Shown: positions 1 to 13,977, counted from the first letter of the stretch. The stretch is 64,000 bases of DNA from Eledone cirrhosa (GCA_964016885.1 OZ024745.1:50964001-51028000); one strand, 5' to 3'. Notes: generated from the letters alone by a model not told the origin. Translations and numbers: made by a program.

Positions 1-718
1 TTGGATTGCAAAAGCGTATACTTCAAAGTGGGAGCCAATATAGCGGTTGTTGGTCCAAGATAGACTATTTTCCTTATCTATATTACTCTCACTCTGGAGC
101 TTCCTGGCAACATATCCATGCATGATTTTTTGCTGATAAGTATGTAGTTTTTCATCCATGAATTCACTGCGATACTGCTGAGCGACTTCCCTGGGTCTGA
201 GTTTTTGATTATCACACAGGGAATATCTCTCGAGGAGTTCCTTCCCAACTCTCATGATCTTATCTGTTTCATGCAGATAGACTTGCTCGAGAAACGGGCT
301 CCTACGCTTCGAGGTTCGTAGATGTTGTCGGAGAGATATGATGCGACATTCAAATGTTGTCTGGACTGATGTTAGGCCTATGCCTCCCTGCTTACGTTTC
401 AAGTAAAGCCGGTCTATGTCACTGTTGATGTGGAAGTTTCCGGTGCTGTTTAGTATTTTTCGAGTTCCAACATCAACTGCTCGGAATTCGTCTATCGTCC
501 AATTGAGTATTCCAAACGTTGGTGTTAGGACAGGCACAGCAAACACATTGTGAGCCACTGTTTTGTTTTGCGCGGAGAATTCCGATGACCAGATCTTTCT
601 TAATCGGGTGTAGTATTCCCTGGTTACGCGTTTTTTTTTTATTACAGATACCATTATAGGATATGTTCTCATCTATCCCCAGGTATCTGTGGCAGTCCTC
701 ATCAGATATCGGTGAAAT
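1..718 (-). mobile_element. Fragment of R4/Dong-like non-LTR retrotransposon (post-RT region), continues off the left edge
   Basis: Highly similar to 41848-42562 (ttggattgcaaaa...tcctcatcagatatcggtgaaa); ends abruptly at 718. Confidence 0.85.
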
Positions 719-972
719 ATTGATATTATACCCCAGAAAACTGTCGAGTGCTTCGAACCTGTTATAAATATATTTGTTGAATTACCAACAAATTAAATAT
801 CCCTTTGCTTCTATATATATATATATATATATATTCATTAGTTAAGCAAAACAAGACCACAAATTTCACAAGGAAGACATTATTAAAAGATTGTCAACAT
901 AGTTTTAGTTTGATATAAGGAATATAGAGAATATTAATAATAATATTAATAATATTAATAATAATAATGACC

Positions 973-1091
973 GTTTACAATTGTTTCGCTACTCCATATA
1001 ATGTTTCTGGATTAAATGATTATAGATCATTATTGATCTGGTTCAGTTGAAAATAATTAACTTAGGTACGATTAGAGCAGCTCATCGGAAC
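973..1091 (-). ncRNA. Type I hammerhead ribozyme motif, variant core CCGAUGA, long helix II insert
   Basis: Minus strand: gtt-CCGATGA-GCTGCTC...GAGTAGC-GAAA-CAATTGT-A-aac; palindromic helix III ACAATTGT; GUA cleavage triplet. Confidence 0.65.
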
Positions 1092-1388
1092 TTCAAAAGG
1101 AATATAAATTAAAATAAGGAAAGAATGTTACATGAATGTAATGTTCCATATATTGGTATTTCACTATGGTGTCCTGGGTATATATATTGTCTGCCATAGT
1201 CGGGCAGTATTCTTCTGTCGAGTCTGCATTGTGTGAGATCTGCCTATGGGTAACAGCCACCTAGCTGCCTTCCACTGCATATTGCACATTGAGCACATGC
1301 CTTTACGCTTTGGCTTCTAACTAATTCACCAATCTCGCTTCTCCTCTCCTATCTCCATCTCTCTCTTTAAGATTGGTTACTCTTGAAC

Positions 1389-1419
<31 letters not shown>

Positions 1420-1463
1420 TTCTCAGATGTGAGAAAAACCACAGACCCTCCATCTCAACTCAC

Positions 1464-1500
1464 CCTTTGAAAAGCAGAAGAACTGCGAAACCGGTAAAGG
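1464..1500 (+). ncRNA. Degenerate minimal hammerhead motif
   Basis: cct-TTGAAAA-GCAG-aagaa-CTGC-GAAACCGGTA-aagg; core mutated. Confidence 0.4.
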
Positions 1501-1634
1501 AACCAAATAAATATATATATTTAAAAAAAAAATAAGACTCCAGTTGCATTTTCGATTTCATCTCTTTTTCTTTATACTTTCACTCGTGTAGGACACCTCG
1601 GTTATTTTTCATTTTGTAAAAAAAAAAACCTCAC

Positions 1635-1692
<58 letters not shown>

Positions 1693-1697
<5 letters not shown>

Positions 1698-1894
1698 AAC
1701 GAGTAGGACCCCGACGGCTGAGCTCAAGCCGTTTCGACGGCTAATTCTGGACAATTCAGTCCAGAATTAGCCGTCGAAACGGCTTGAGCTCAGCCGTCGG
1801 GGCCCTACTCGTTCCTATTACCCACTCTACTACCCTAAGTATTGAGTACTTTGGTGCGTTATGGTCCACCTGGTTCCTTACCACATTTCCTTCG

Positions 1895-1897
<3 letters not shown>
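1693..1897. repeat. Fold-back palindrome (1693-1818) of an HHR-bearing element end, flanked by (TA)n
   Basis: About 60-bp arms around loop aattca (1753-1758); contains GAAAC-GGC-ttgagctca-GCC-GTC; same family at 52655-52795 and 53300-53492. Confidence 0.85.
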
Positions 1898-1935
<38 letters not shown>

Positions 1936-2027
1936 CAAAGAAAGGGGTATTTAATTTGTTGGTAATTCAACAAATATATTTATATCAGATTCGAAGCACT
2001 CGACAGTTTTCTGGAGTATAATATTAA

Positions 2028-2121
<94 letters not shown>

Positions 2122-5100
2122 ATATATATGTATATATATATGTGTGTGTGAATATGTGAGTAGTTATTCATCGGGCAACATGTACGACCTGGACAGTTGG
2201 CTCTGCTGGATTTTATTTACATCTCACCTAATTAATGATGTAGAAGATAAATTTCGAATAATTATATTACATATTGTCCAGATGCCAGTATAAACATATA
2301 CTGGTTATTTGTCCTCGACTGCATCATCTGAACCAGATACGTGTTATATTCTTTATGTAACTTTTTATCCCATATAATCTGGTTTAAATTGTCTTATTTC
2401 ATCTCCACTCAGGCATTCTCTACTTGCACATCAACCACACTGTGTCCATTCCAGGTCCCATACTACTAGATACGTTTAGTTCCTCATCCCTCTGGAATTA
2501 TGAGAACAATCGCTTCCTCCAGGCCAAAACAATAATAAAAAAAAAAAATTCAGATCGATTTATTAAAAACTTATGGAAGAAATGACAAAACTATAAAAAC
2601 TCATTTGGTTGCAAAACTCACTTCAGAAAATTGTAAATTCTTTTTAAACATTTCATATCCAATCGGGTCAAAATGGCTTTAGTAACGTAAAATGTCGGTA
2701 CACCATACCCTATACTGGTAACATCCAGCACGACCTTTATAAGTTGGTATTTTCATGATTTATTTTGCATCTCCCTTTGTTCTAGCATTGGTACTCAAGA
2801 CATCTCAAACATTTGGAAAAACCAATTCAAGCAATCTAAGAATTCAGTTAATTTGTTGGGAGTGCCACAATATATATAAACTAAGAAAATAAGTAATATA
2901 ACGACAGAATTCAGCAGAGAACAGTGCATACACAAACTCACGGATTAACTAAGAAGATAAAATGCAACGTGGATAAATAAAGCTTAGAAAAATTAAATTA
3001 AACTAAATAGTATTAGGCACCAACGTTAATTACACGAAGAAAGTAAATACCACAAACTCTTACTGTACTTGTAATTAATTGTATATTTTATGTATTAATT
3101 ACAAAATAAGTAAGTTGAAAACTGGAAAATAAGGAAATTCTTAATTAGATTCCTAGTGCCACTAAACTGAAATTTGATACTAATATCCATTCATATAATT
3201 GTAACCTAACCAGTTAGAAATATTCCAAAATAGGAGATAGCTGCAAAGTAGGTAAGTAAATTGAAACTAACATAAAAAACAATATATATATTTTATTGGC
3301 ACGTTTGCAATTCGATAAAATTTATATCTAGTGAATGTGAAAGAGTGTCTAAAGTTAAAAGATATTTCTAAAAAAGCTTAAAATTAAAAATAATTGTTTG
3401 TGAATGGAAAGCATAGTGCGACCCAATAAAACGTTATAATATAGAAATATAAACTCTGTGTTTCTAAGAAATGCAACAATCAAAGTGGGTTATAATAATT
3501 CCATACGAGGAAAAGTTTTTTTTTCAGTATTGTGGATTTCAACATAACCTATTATCGAATTAAGCAAATAGTTATAAATACATTTTCTCCTTGTAGAGAC
3601 ATTTCTACGACCTTTAAACTTCAATTTCAAAATGTGTCTTAAATTTCATTAGATACACCTTATAACGGTAGATATCGAAACAAATATAAGCAACTAAGCT
3701 AAATTGTATTAATACTGAACTATCAATATAGAGGTAACTGTTTACATGATCCTTATATGTAGTAAATCATGTAAACTGTATTAACTCACCTACAAAATAT
3801 AGACATCTAAATCTTTTATATATATTTATTCAGTAAAGTTAAATTGAATACACTCATTTGAAAGGAAACATATTTACGTATTCTTGCACGCATATATAAT
3901 TAACTTGTGAAGGTGTTTTCTTGAGTAGGACATTGTTCTAGTTTTCTCAACCGTAATCCAAATGGTGAACGTAATCACACAGGGCCAGGTTGAATCTCCA
4001 TGAAAATTACATTACGTGTATATATGACGGTGGAATGCTCAGCCACTTGCATGCTAATATCACAGGTAGGCTGTTACGTTGGTCAAACAAGCGGAAAAGT
4101 TCGCAGGACCATCACATAAATATTTAACATAGTGAGCTGACCAAGCAGTTAACCATTAATTGTAATTGATTTTGGAAATGTTTATATTGTATTTTAAGAA
4201 TATCCTTAATGAAGGTCTTACTTATATTTATATATACAAATATAAAAATATAAATATACACTTGGTAGATTAAAAACTGCAGAAATAGACAAAAAGGAAC
4301 AATGAAAAATGCTTGACGAAAGAAAATTTTAACGAATTAGTCTGGCGTGTAATTCATCAGGATCACTAAATCCGGTCATGTTGCCTTTCGCATCAACAAC
4401 ACCAACGCATTTGAAGTATTGTTATCAGCTTTTCACACTTGGAAGTCTCGCCTTTTACTGTTATGTAACGATTGGAACGGCATCTTGGACGTACAAAGAC
4501 ACTGAGTGGAGTTGATTGAAGAAGGGTGCAAAACCCTTAAAACCTGACCAAAGAGTTCCAACTGTCTGAGAGTTAACGACTAGATTTCTTGAATATACCA
4601 TCATGGATAAGGAGTAATCGTACGGGTTAAGGCTAGCAGAAAGAGATAGCATAGGATGTCCACATATTAGATAAATGCTGGTGGACAGGGAAAATCGGCA
4701 AAAAATAGGTGGTGATGCGCTCGTCCCAAAATCACTAAAATACGTGGAGTTAACAAAAGCAACAACAGAAAAAAAAAACATGACCACCACCACCTTAACA
4801 CTGACAGAAACCGTGAGACGCTATCCCCGCCGCCATCATCATTGCTATTATCGCCACCAAAATAGTCGACAGTTAAAACAATAACTCCATCACGAACAGT
4901 TTGCTACCTGTGGCAGTTTTAACATAACAGCGAAGACAAAAGCAAGAAGAAAGACGAAATAACTGCAGAAAATTACAAATAAGATCAAAGATAATTTTAC
5001 ACAAATTCACAGCACAACATTAAAAGCCTCAAAGTCAGCAACAGCGACAAAAGTATAGAGAAAGAAGACGAATGTAACAAAATCAATAATGAGATCAAAG

Positions 5101-5399
5101 TGGGACACTAACAGCAGTCGCACCATCAGCTTGAGAGTTACCGATAGCTAAAATATCACCACCACATGAAAGTAGAAGATAGGGGCTATTTTTGATGTAG
5201 CACCCAACACCGAAGCTTGTCCTTAGTCTCTGAGTGAGGCACCCTTTAGTATCAACATCACAAACACAAGAGGGAGAAACAGCAACAGAGCAACAGAAAT
5301 AACAACGTGAAACAACAACAGAACAAGACACAGACTCCCTAAAAAAAAGAAAAACCTTTCTTCTTGTCCCCCTACTCCCAAACATGCATTCATACATAT

Positions 5400-5908
5400 G
5401 CAAATATACCACACCCCTCGTCTGCCTCAGACCTGTCGAAAGAAGAAATATGTTTTAAGGTGTTCGCACAGAGCTGGTGGGGCTGGATCAAGGGGACGGC
5501 AACAGGCCAGATGGCACGACCGTCTTCCCGTTCCGCGGTGGCAAATCCCTCGTCTGGGATGCCACTTGCACCGACACTTTCTGCAGTCGCAACCTGGTGC
5601 AGTCTGCGACTGACTCAGGTTCTGCTGCACGTCGGGCTGAGGGGGCCAAACTCCTCAAATACCGGTCGCTCTCCGACAGGTTTGCGGTCGTACCCCTGGC
5701 AGTGGAGACTTCTGGTGTCCTCGGCCCCAGGGCTACCTCCTTACTCACCACCATAGGCGCTGAGCTGGTCAGCCGCAGGTGTGAGCCCCGTGAGTTGGAG
5801 TGGCTCTTCCAGCGCGTCACCCTCGCCGTCCTCCGGGGAAACGCCTTCTCCATTCTGTCCGCCGGGGCTGTGGGCGGGCCCCATCGCGTACCGTTGCAGT
5901 TGTTGTAG
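5400..5908 (+). mobile_element. CRE-clade non-LTR retrotransposon 3' fragment (restriction-like endonuclease domain)
   Basis: RPDGTTVFPFRGGKSLVWDATCTDT, VPLAVETSGVLGP and LFQRVTLAVLRGNA motifs; GC-rich island. Confidence 0.8.
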
Positions 5909-8900
5909 AGATCCTTCTAATTAAATGCAGATTCTGAATTATTGTACAGAGTATAAATATATTTAACAGACAGGCTAAACAAGACACACAGGAAAAAAGT
6001 AGAAAAAGCGAAAATAGATTGCCTCAAGCATAAAGCCTCCTCCTTCTCCTCCTTCTTGGGAGGATCATAGAACCGTGAGAAAATGAATTGGCATTTGTAC
6101 GCTTGGCCAATCACACACCCCATCATTAACAACATATAAACAAGATTCGCAACAACAGCTAAGTCTACACACCAGCAGCAAAAAGAAAACAGACGCATGA
6201 ACCTAAATAAGAAACAAAAACAACAATCAAACACAAACCAACTGTATCAACGTCACACTTGTAAATAAATACAATGTGGAGTTGAGTTTCTTTAAAGAAA
6301 ATAAAGGCAGAATATAAGGTGAAGCCCTTCCCTAAATTACGAGAACATATGCTTCTCATAAAAGCCCCAGAAGTATTTATAGGGATATCAGAGGGAGGGA
6401 CTCCCAATTCAAGGGGGAGGGGAGGCACGAAAAGTAATTTAGGGACTACTGCTAAACTCCTGACAGGACCGTTTTCCTGGCCTCACACAGTGGCAACGTA
6501 AGTGGCCTCTTTCACTTATAACTACCAAGGGGGTTTTACAAAGCGCTGCCAGCATAAATACACATAACCTAGGATCGCCTTGGAAGCAAAGCGATGCGTG
6601 ACAGTGTTGCTTCGGAAAGTACAGGATCTCGAGGTAGGACCAATCCTCATGAACTAGGGGGCGTTTATGTACTATATACCGACAGGAGTAGAGCGAGCGG
6701 ATGTCTTCAGCTGTATAGAAACATTTTGAGGATCGTCTGCTGTTTAATACTAAGAGACTCTAGTGGAAGCTTTGAGACACTGTTGAATTATGTAACCTTT
6801 ACAGGTAGGGCAAAGCCTCATAAACCTGCTCAGTCGTTTTCAACTGTTTGAAAGGTAACCTATGGATTCTCCGAATGTACCCATGAAACAACCGAATCGA
6901 AGCATCCATATTGGTATCTGTTAAGTCAATAGATAGGAATGATGTAAAGTATCCACAATTCCAACTATTTATCTATACTGTGCACAAATCTTTGAAATGG
7001 AGAGTCAACTTAGATTGAACCCTAAATCAAGGGCTTTATTATTGATTGTGCCTCTCTCGACACGCACAGCGTGCAGTAACCGGATTCGTTACATATTTAA
7101 GCGGAATTTGACGGGGACAATCGCTAATAACCGGCCAAAAAATACTATAGAAAAGACATATAAAATAAGAACTAGTAAGCAACTTAGAAGAAGTGATTAG
7201 CAATATCATTTGTACCAACAACATAGCAGCAAGAATGATTCTCGACAATTTCTCTCAATGCAAAACCCGTTACAAAATACGATGGAGCTAAAGCCCTTCA
7301 ATGGGTGCCGCTGGAAGAGGCGTATAGTGGCAACAAAATTACAATTAGGTTTTGTACGAACCTGGACGGACGCTTGCTACACAATTCCAAGCGGATGTGT
7401 GCGTCCTTTCATCCGAACTTAAATATTCGATATGAGGGTTAGACCAGAAATGGTGGTGGACTTCAGTTCCTACCTATACGTCATAATGCAAGATGCTGTA
7501 AAAAGTCAATAACAACAGCTGAAATACGGATGGGCTAACGTAGCTGCACGAGGGGCAGATCAGCTGGTTTGGATGATCTGCTCGATTAATTTTGCATATA
7601 TATGCCAGAAATCTTTGTGGACATCATGGTACACGTTTACTACATCTGGCAGCAGAATGATAGTATTATACGAGTCGAGAGATAGTGAAAAGAAGCGAAA
7701 GAGGAAACGTAATTGATCATTTAAGGGGAATAACTCTGCAAAACGTAGAATTTAAGATTTTCACCAAAGACTTGTCGGATATTTGTCGGAAAATTGCAGA
7801 TTTGCGCAATACCGAACATATCTAGCCAGTTGTTGCATTACATAATAAAGAGGTTAGGTAATTAATCTGACTTCAGTGGAGCGCTGCTCAATTTGGATCA
7901 ATCTTAAGATTTCGGTGGAGTTGACCATCAATACCTAGCAGTATCTGCTTTGCAGTAGGAGTAAATCATCACCTTTCGGAATCGTTTCAAAACATGGGCA
8001 TGGTCCATCAATGGTACTGCCTCTCATCCCGTTGCGAAAATGAGGAGTTGAGGGACATAAATATATGGTTTCTATTAAAATATATTTGAAACATCGTTAA
8101 ATGCGTTTTACGATGGAAGTCTGTACACTGACCACTTTCGTGTCCTTTAAACGCAGCTTATTTTGTCTTGGGTGTTCACTATATTAGATTCTCGGGTGTT
8201 CACTATATTCTGAAAATATTAGCCATTGACTAAATATGAAAAATTAACCTGGTATGCTTTAAAACAATGGAAATACACACTGAAAATTTAAATTGTGTAT
8301 CGACCTTACATTTTCCTTTTCGATTGCACAGCGCCTATCTAAACTAAGTATATTCAGATAGAATATTTTAAGATTTGTATGTATCAAGACACATTTACAG
8401 AGGAAGAAAAATGACGATTGCTAACTTGGGGACAAAAGCTACAGTTTCTGATTAATATACAACGTGGTTATCGGACCTGTACTGAAATAAAGCCATTATT
8501 CACGAATCCGACAAGACCCCCCACATTCCTCGTCGCCAACATTTCCTTCTAACCAGTAATTTGTTCATTCTCGCGGCATTAATATCACCAGACTACGTGT
8601 ATCCGAAAAGGTCATGAGCGCTCCATTCCTTCCACCCACCTCTGTTCTTTATCTGCTTAACGTACATACAAAAAGTGTTTAAAGTATTGTAGACAATGAT
8701 AACCCGATGTTATTTTTAGCGCTTCACAGCACAACGCTAAAAGTGCTTAAAATAATTTACTGAAAAGAGAAATTATATTCTTAAAATAAAATAAAAAAAA
8801 TGACTCCTATGAACCCACATATTCTATTGTTTTTAATAATAATTACCACAGATATTTGATTTTCATTTCTTTGTGACTGCTTGAAACAATATGATTTGAA

Positions 8901-9111
8901 AAGCACATTTATATAAATTTGTTCCGGTTGGTATTTTATCAATAGTACTTATTTTGTGAACTTCGAGGGAACAAAACTTAATGCTGATACCATGGGTGCT
9001 AAACTGGCAACATAAAAGGCATAACATTAAATAAAATTCCAAAAACATATGATAATTCATTCTAACATTAATGGAGGGATATATCATTGTTATTATTTAT
9101 CTATATGTAAG

Positions 9112-9302
9112 GGGCGGTGGATTAGCATTATCGGTAGAGGGTCGGATACCATGCTTTGTCGCATAGAGTTATGTCCCTTGCCATTCTGAGTTCAAATCCC
9201 ACCGAGTTTAACTTTGCCTTTCATCCTTACGGGGTCGATAAAATAAAGTACCAGTAATGCACTGGGTAATTGCTGGCCTTGTGCCAAAAGTAGAAACAAT
9301 TA
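9112..9302 (+). mobile_element. tRNA-derived SINE (main family) with TSD
   Basis: A-box-like ggattagcattatcgg, B box gagttcaaatc, core cctttcatccttacggggtcgataaaataaagtaccag; TSD attatttatctatatgta on both sides. Confidence 0.9.
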
Positions 9303-9547
9303 TTTATCTATATGTATTATTTTTTCTGTAAAGTCTTTTGTGGTGGAGTCCTTGTTTTGGGATCAGAAAACGTAAAAATCCGTATACAAATAAATAGCTT
9401 GCCGTCTTTATTTACACTATTTTAAAATTCTGACAGCAGTTGATATTTGCTTTCCAGCTTTCTGTGGTCAAAGAAAAACGTAGCAATCAACTAATGGCGT
9501 CGATCTAATTAACTATATCCTCTCCTGAAATATACCTTAGAAATCTT

Positions 9548-9737
9548 CGGTGGATTGGCAGTATCGGTAGAGGGTCGGACGCCATGCTTTGACGCATAGA
9601 GTTACGGCCCTTTATGGTCTGAGTTCAAATCACGCCGAGGTTAACTTTGCCGTTCACCCTTACGGGGTCGATAAAATAAAGTACCAGTAATACAGTGGGA
9701 TAATTGCTGGCCTTGTGCCAAAAGTAGAAACAATTAT
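9548..9737 (+). mobile_element. tRNA-derived SINE (main family)
   Basis: Same consensus as 9112-9302. Confidence 0.9.
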
Positions 9738-10108
9738 TACTAGTTTGGTATGTTAGAAAGTCATCAGTACTGGTATACTTACTTGATTAACTCTACTCAC
9801 TTCCGAATTGAAATAAAACGGTAAAAACTAATATAACATTATTGTCATCAATTGCGTAGGAAATACTGATCACCTTCCCCCTCTCCTCTCTCTGTATATA
9901 AGTAATTTGCTTGCGACATACAAATATACCAACATGATCACTTCACATAATTGTGTTAACATCTGGTGATGTCAATGGGTGGCTCGGAATCCATCTTAGT
10001 GTTATAGATCCGACTGCAGCCCCAATCTGCTCATCAGACCTCTTAATCAAGCAAAACCCAAATCTGTGAAACTATACACAAACACCAAAACACACACTCA
10101 CACATACC

Positions 10109-10140
<32 letters not shown>

Positions 10141-10223
10141 TATGTGTGTGTGTATATCCCGGGTTCAATCAGGGATAACCACAGTAAGAAGCACGTCTAG
10201 TCATGTAGAAGCCATTTCTATAC

Positions 10224-10261
<38 letters not shown>

Positions 10262-11199
10262 GTGAGATGGCGTCATCGCATGGCTAAAACAGTAACGTGC
10301 TGTGACCAGCGGCGCCGAATGGTGCCCGAACGACTGGTCGGTCAAGGTGATCAAGGTGATATATATATATATGTATATACATGTATATATATATATATAT
10401 GTGTGTGTGCGCGTATGTGTGTGTATGTGTCTGTGTGTGTGTGTACATACATACACGCATAAGTACATATACATATTACATAGGGTGCTTCGAATGAGAG
10501 GAACTCGCTATCAGCTTTAGGAGAATGTATATCTGTTGTCGCCCTAAGGTGAATATGAAAAAATAACTCACCAAACGTTCACTATTTCTTTCCTGCAGGT
10601 AAAGCTTTCTTCCTTCTATCACTTCTGAAGAAATCAATGATAATGTTAATGCTATTTGCTAGAGATGCTGTTATGGTAATATTACTTGTGATATTCCAAC
10701 AGTTTTAAACAAAATATGCCGTATGCCTATTTAGGAACCTTTGAAGTTTAGATACATGAAGGAAAGAAAAGAAAAACAATTGGAAGGCGAAGTCATTTAT
10801 CACGATACTTAGTTCCAGCATTCATATTTCAACTTCCACTCGGAAACTGACATCCTGTGAGATATTTTCAAGCTATAATTAACTTCTGCTTCAGTCTCTG
10901 CCAAACAATAACAAAAGAAATACTGAACTTAAAATAGGAATGACATGCCGCTTCCTTTCCGAAAGGAGGTGGATTTGTAGGATTTCATGTAAGTTATTCA
11001 TTTAAACACAAGCAAATTCTACATTTTTTGTAAGAAAAACAGTAGATTGTTATTCCTATAAAGAGTGGAATATATTGTTCACCTATGTTTATATAATTAT
11101 TAGGCCGATTGCTCTTAATTTGCATTATGCCTAGATGAAAATCCGACGCTGTGCAGAACTCATCTGCAATGTCAGTTTCGGCAGCGCAGGCTGGCAACA

Positions 11200-12040
11200 G
11201 GTGAAACACCCAGTGATGTTCTCTGGCCTCGGCCTAAGATCTGTTTCGGATCTGGCTCTACCTGCCTAGCTTTCCTCAATCTCCTCCAGTCGCACTCTCG
11301 TCAGCAAAGTCCTTAGCAAGACGGCCGAACTGGCGTGACTTCAGAGCTCGAGCAGGCTCTGACCGACTGGACAGGCGAAGACCTCTCAGTCCCCCTGTAT
11401 ACAAATGTCCAACGTAACTGGGACGACATCAAATGCATGGGAGTGGCCCAACGCCTCGGACTCCGCGTGTTTGAGCTACATAAATGCCGTTGTGGCGTGG
11501 TCATTGATAATTTAGCTTACTCCCAGTCATGCCACCAGAGCACAGGCCGGTTCCCCCGACATGCCACACCCAACGACATATTGAGAAGCATCCTGGATGT
11601 AGCTGGCTTCCCATCATAACTGAAGCCAGCAGACCTCGACCGCGGAGATATCAAGCGCCCGACGGAATTCCCCTCTTCCCATTCGGAGGTAAATCCCTCA
11701 TCCGGGACGCCACATGTGACACGTTCCCGCCTACAACATAGTTGCTTCAGCCACAAATCCCGGTACTGCGGCTCACCTTGCAGAGGAAAGATAAACAAAT
11801 ACTTGGGCTTGTCTGGCCGCTTCCTTTTCGCACCGATCGCCGTCGAGATCTCAGGCGTACTTGAACCTCGTACTGCCTTACTTGAACCCCGTACTGCCTA
11901 GCCTTTCTGCAAGATCGCGGAACATCAGCAGCCCGTCTGAGGAAGGAGACCAGCGAGGTAGTGAGGCTGTTGCAGCGGGTGTCGCTAGTCATTGTCCGCG
12001 GAAATGCTTTTGTGGTCTTGTTCCAGTGCGCAGCCCTAAC
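11200..12040 (+). mobile_element. Degenerate CRE-like retrotransposon 3' fragment (zinc knuckle plus RLE)
   Basis: HKCRCG, STGRFPRHATPNDIL, FAPIAVEISGVL and LLQRVSLVIVRGNA; frameshifts and stops. Confidence 0.8.
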
Positions 12041-13464
12041 ACCGCCGCGCTCTAGGCCCAGACCTCATTATCCTGTCCCCCTCTCTTTTTTCTGTGACCT
12101 TAGAATACTTGCTTCTCCCCCGCCTTTTCCTCTCATTTATGGCCTTCCCTATTATGTCCTCATATTTTGACATTTCCATAACGGCTTTAATTAAAAACAT
12201 GTTTGTAGCATGTTTGTAAATCGCATGCATATAAACAATTTTATAATGAGTATTATGGACTTCCTTTTTTAAGTTTAATCACAACGTCAAGGATTACTAT
12301 ACTTTCATATTCTAACTCCCTTATTGCCAAACGAACCATAATACTGATAATATTACGTCATTAAACAATGGCAACATTCAACAGTCACCTAAACTCTGCT
12401 AACACAATGTAATAATTCCAAACTAATTACAATAGTAATAGCATTATATCTACCACTACAACCAGTTCCTTTATAATTGTTATTAAGTGAAGCACACGCA
12501 CTAGGAACACTTTATTTCGAGTGTCGACAATAGAAGCTTTAAAAGCCAGTAGCACCACCACCACCACCACCAACACCGCCAGCAACAGCAACAATACCAC
12601 CAACAACGACAACAAACACAGAATTAACTATAGCAACAACACCATTGCCAACAACATAATCATAATAAACGCAGATGAAGTTAAACTTCTTGATTTAATC
12701 TCACTTTTTCAGAACTGTCTTACTCCGGTTTTACTTTTTTAAAAGACCTATTTTAGATAAGATTTGGGGCATTTCAACATCTTACTTAAAAATAGACATT
12801 TTATTCACGTCTGGCAATCCAGAAGTAGGTTACAAAACAACACAGTTCTAGAGGTTTTGGAATCACCAAAAGATAATAAAAAATATAAAGTGGGGAAAGG
12901 AAAATAACTGTTCCGACTCGTTATAAACAACACTTGTATAAATAGTGGGAAACTATATGAAAAAAACAACAAAAAACAACAACAAAAAAAACAACAACAA
13001 CAAAAAACAACATAATGTGTGAGTTACAATTTTAGCATCTCTCCTAAACAACTAGATTCAACAACATATAACGAAAACAGTTGTATGCGAGATGCAATAT
13101 TATGGGGTCAGAGAGTAAAAGATAAGCTACTGGCTTGTCGATAACTCTTAGCAGGTTCAATCCTCGGTAAAAACCGGAAACTATAAATATCACAATAATC
13201 CATTCACTCTCTGATATCATGTGTCAGTGCTGTTGTGATGTTAAGTGTCATAAAGTTTAGATTTCAAATCGAACCAGTTCACTAGAATTGGTGATGATTC
13301 AAGGCAAAATCATTCCAACGACGTTATATTATAAGTGCTGTTTTCAATACAAAATATTTGGCAGTTGTTCGATAAAACAGGCAGAGACGGTAAAACAATA
13401 ACACTTCATATTTAAAAAAACATGAATAATTGCTTAGTCATAAGTTATCAACTCATATCCTTCA

Positions 13465-13655
13465 AACCTTCGCACCAGTCGCCGTCGAGACTTCAGGCGT
13501 ACTTGGACCCCGTACTGCCGAGCTCCTCCGCAAGCAAAATCGGAGCGTCGACGGTCCGTCTGAGGAGGGAGCCCCGCGAGGTTGGGTGGCTGTTGCAGCG
13601 GGTGTCACAGGCCATCGTCCGCGGGAATGCTTTTGCCGTCTTGTTTGCGGGGCTC
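13465..13655 (+). mobile_element. Short CRE-like 3' fragment
   Basis: FAPVAVETSGVLGP and WLLQRVSQAIVRGNAFAVL. Confidence 0.75.
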
Positions 13656-13977
13656 AGCACTTCTGTCCTCCTGATTTTCCCTTTTCCCCCAAAAGGTAGC
13701 CTTGTGTCAATGCGTGTTTTCAATTCACATGCATGTGCAGGGTACATATTTACAGTGATTTCCCTCTTATTTCCTTTGTATTGAAAGTACTTAGTAGTGC
13801 TATTCTTTGTATGTCGTGTGTATGTATAAACATTGGGAGATTATGTATTCACCAGGTTCTTTTTAATTATTCAAAAGGTACTTATTAAGGGAAGGTGTTT
13901 TTTTTTTGTTGGGGGGGGGGGGGGGGGGGGACTTCTGTTTTTAGGTATTTATATTTCGATAACCTATCCCTTTATTG

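Larger units (their letters stand above)
721..2030. repeat. About 90-bp inverted repeat pair (721-812 and 1933-2030) enclosing (TA)n tracts and HHR-bearing inserts
   Basis: cagaaaactgtcgagtgcttcgaa...tttgttgaattaccaacaaattaaat and its reverse complement. Confidence 0.8.

Noticed and set aside
4335-4365. CTGATGA motifs at about 4355(-), 10030(-), 49559(+) and 57009(-), and CTGAGGA at about 17505(-)
   Set aside because: No properly placed GAAA, NUH and closing helices, so not called hammerheads
9112-9200. tRNA genes at SINE heads
   Set aside because: A and B boxes present but no cloverleaf; always attached to the SINE body
12521-12742. Thr/Asn-rich ORF
   Set aside because: Degenerate (ACC/AAC)n trinucleotide repeat
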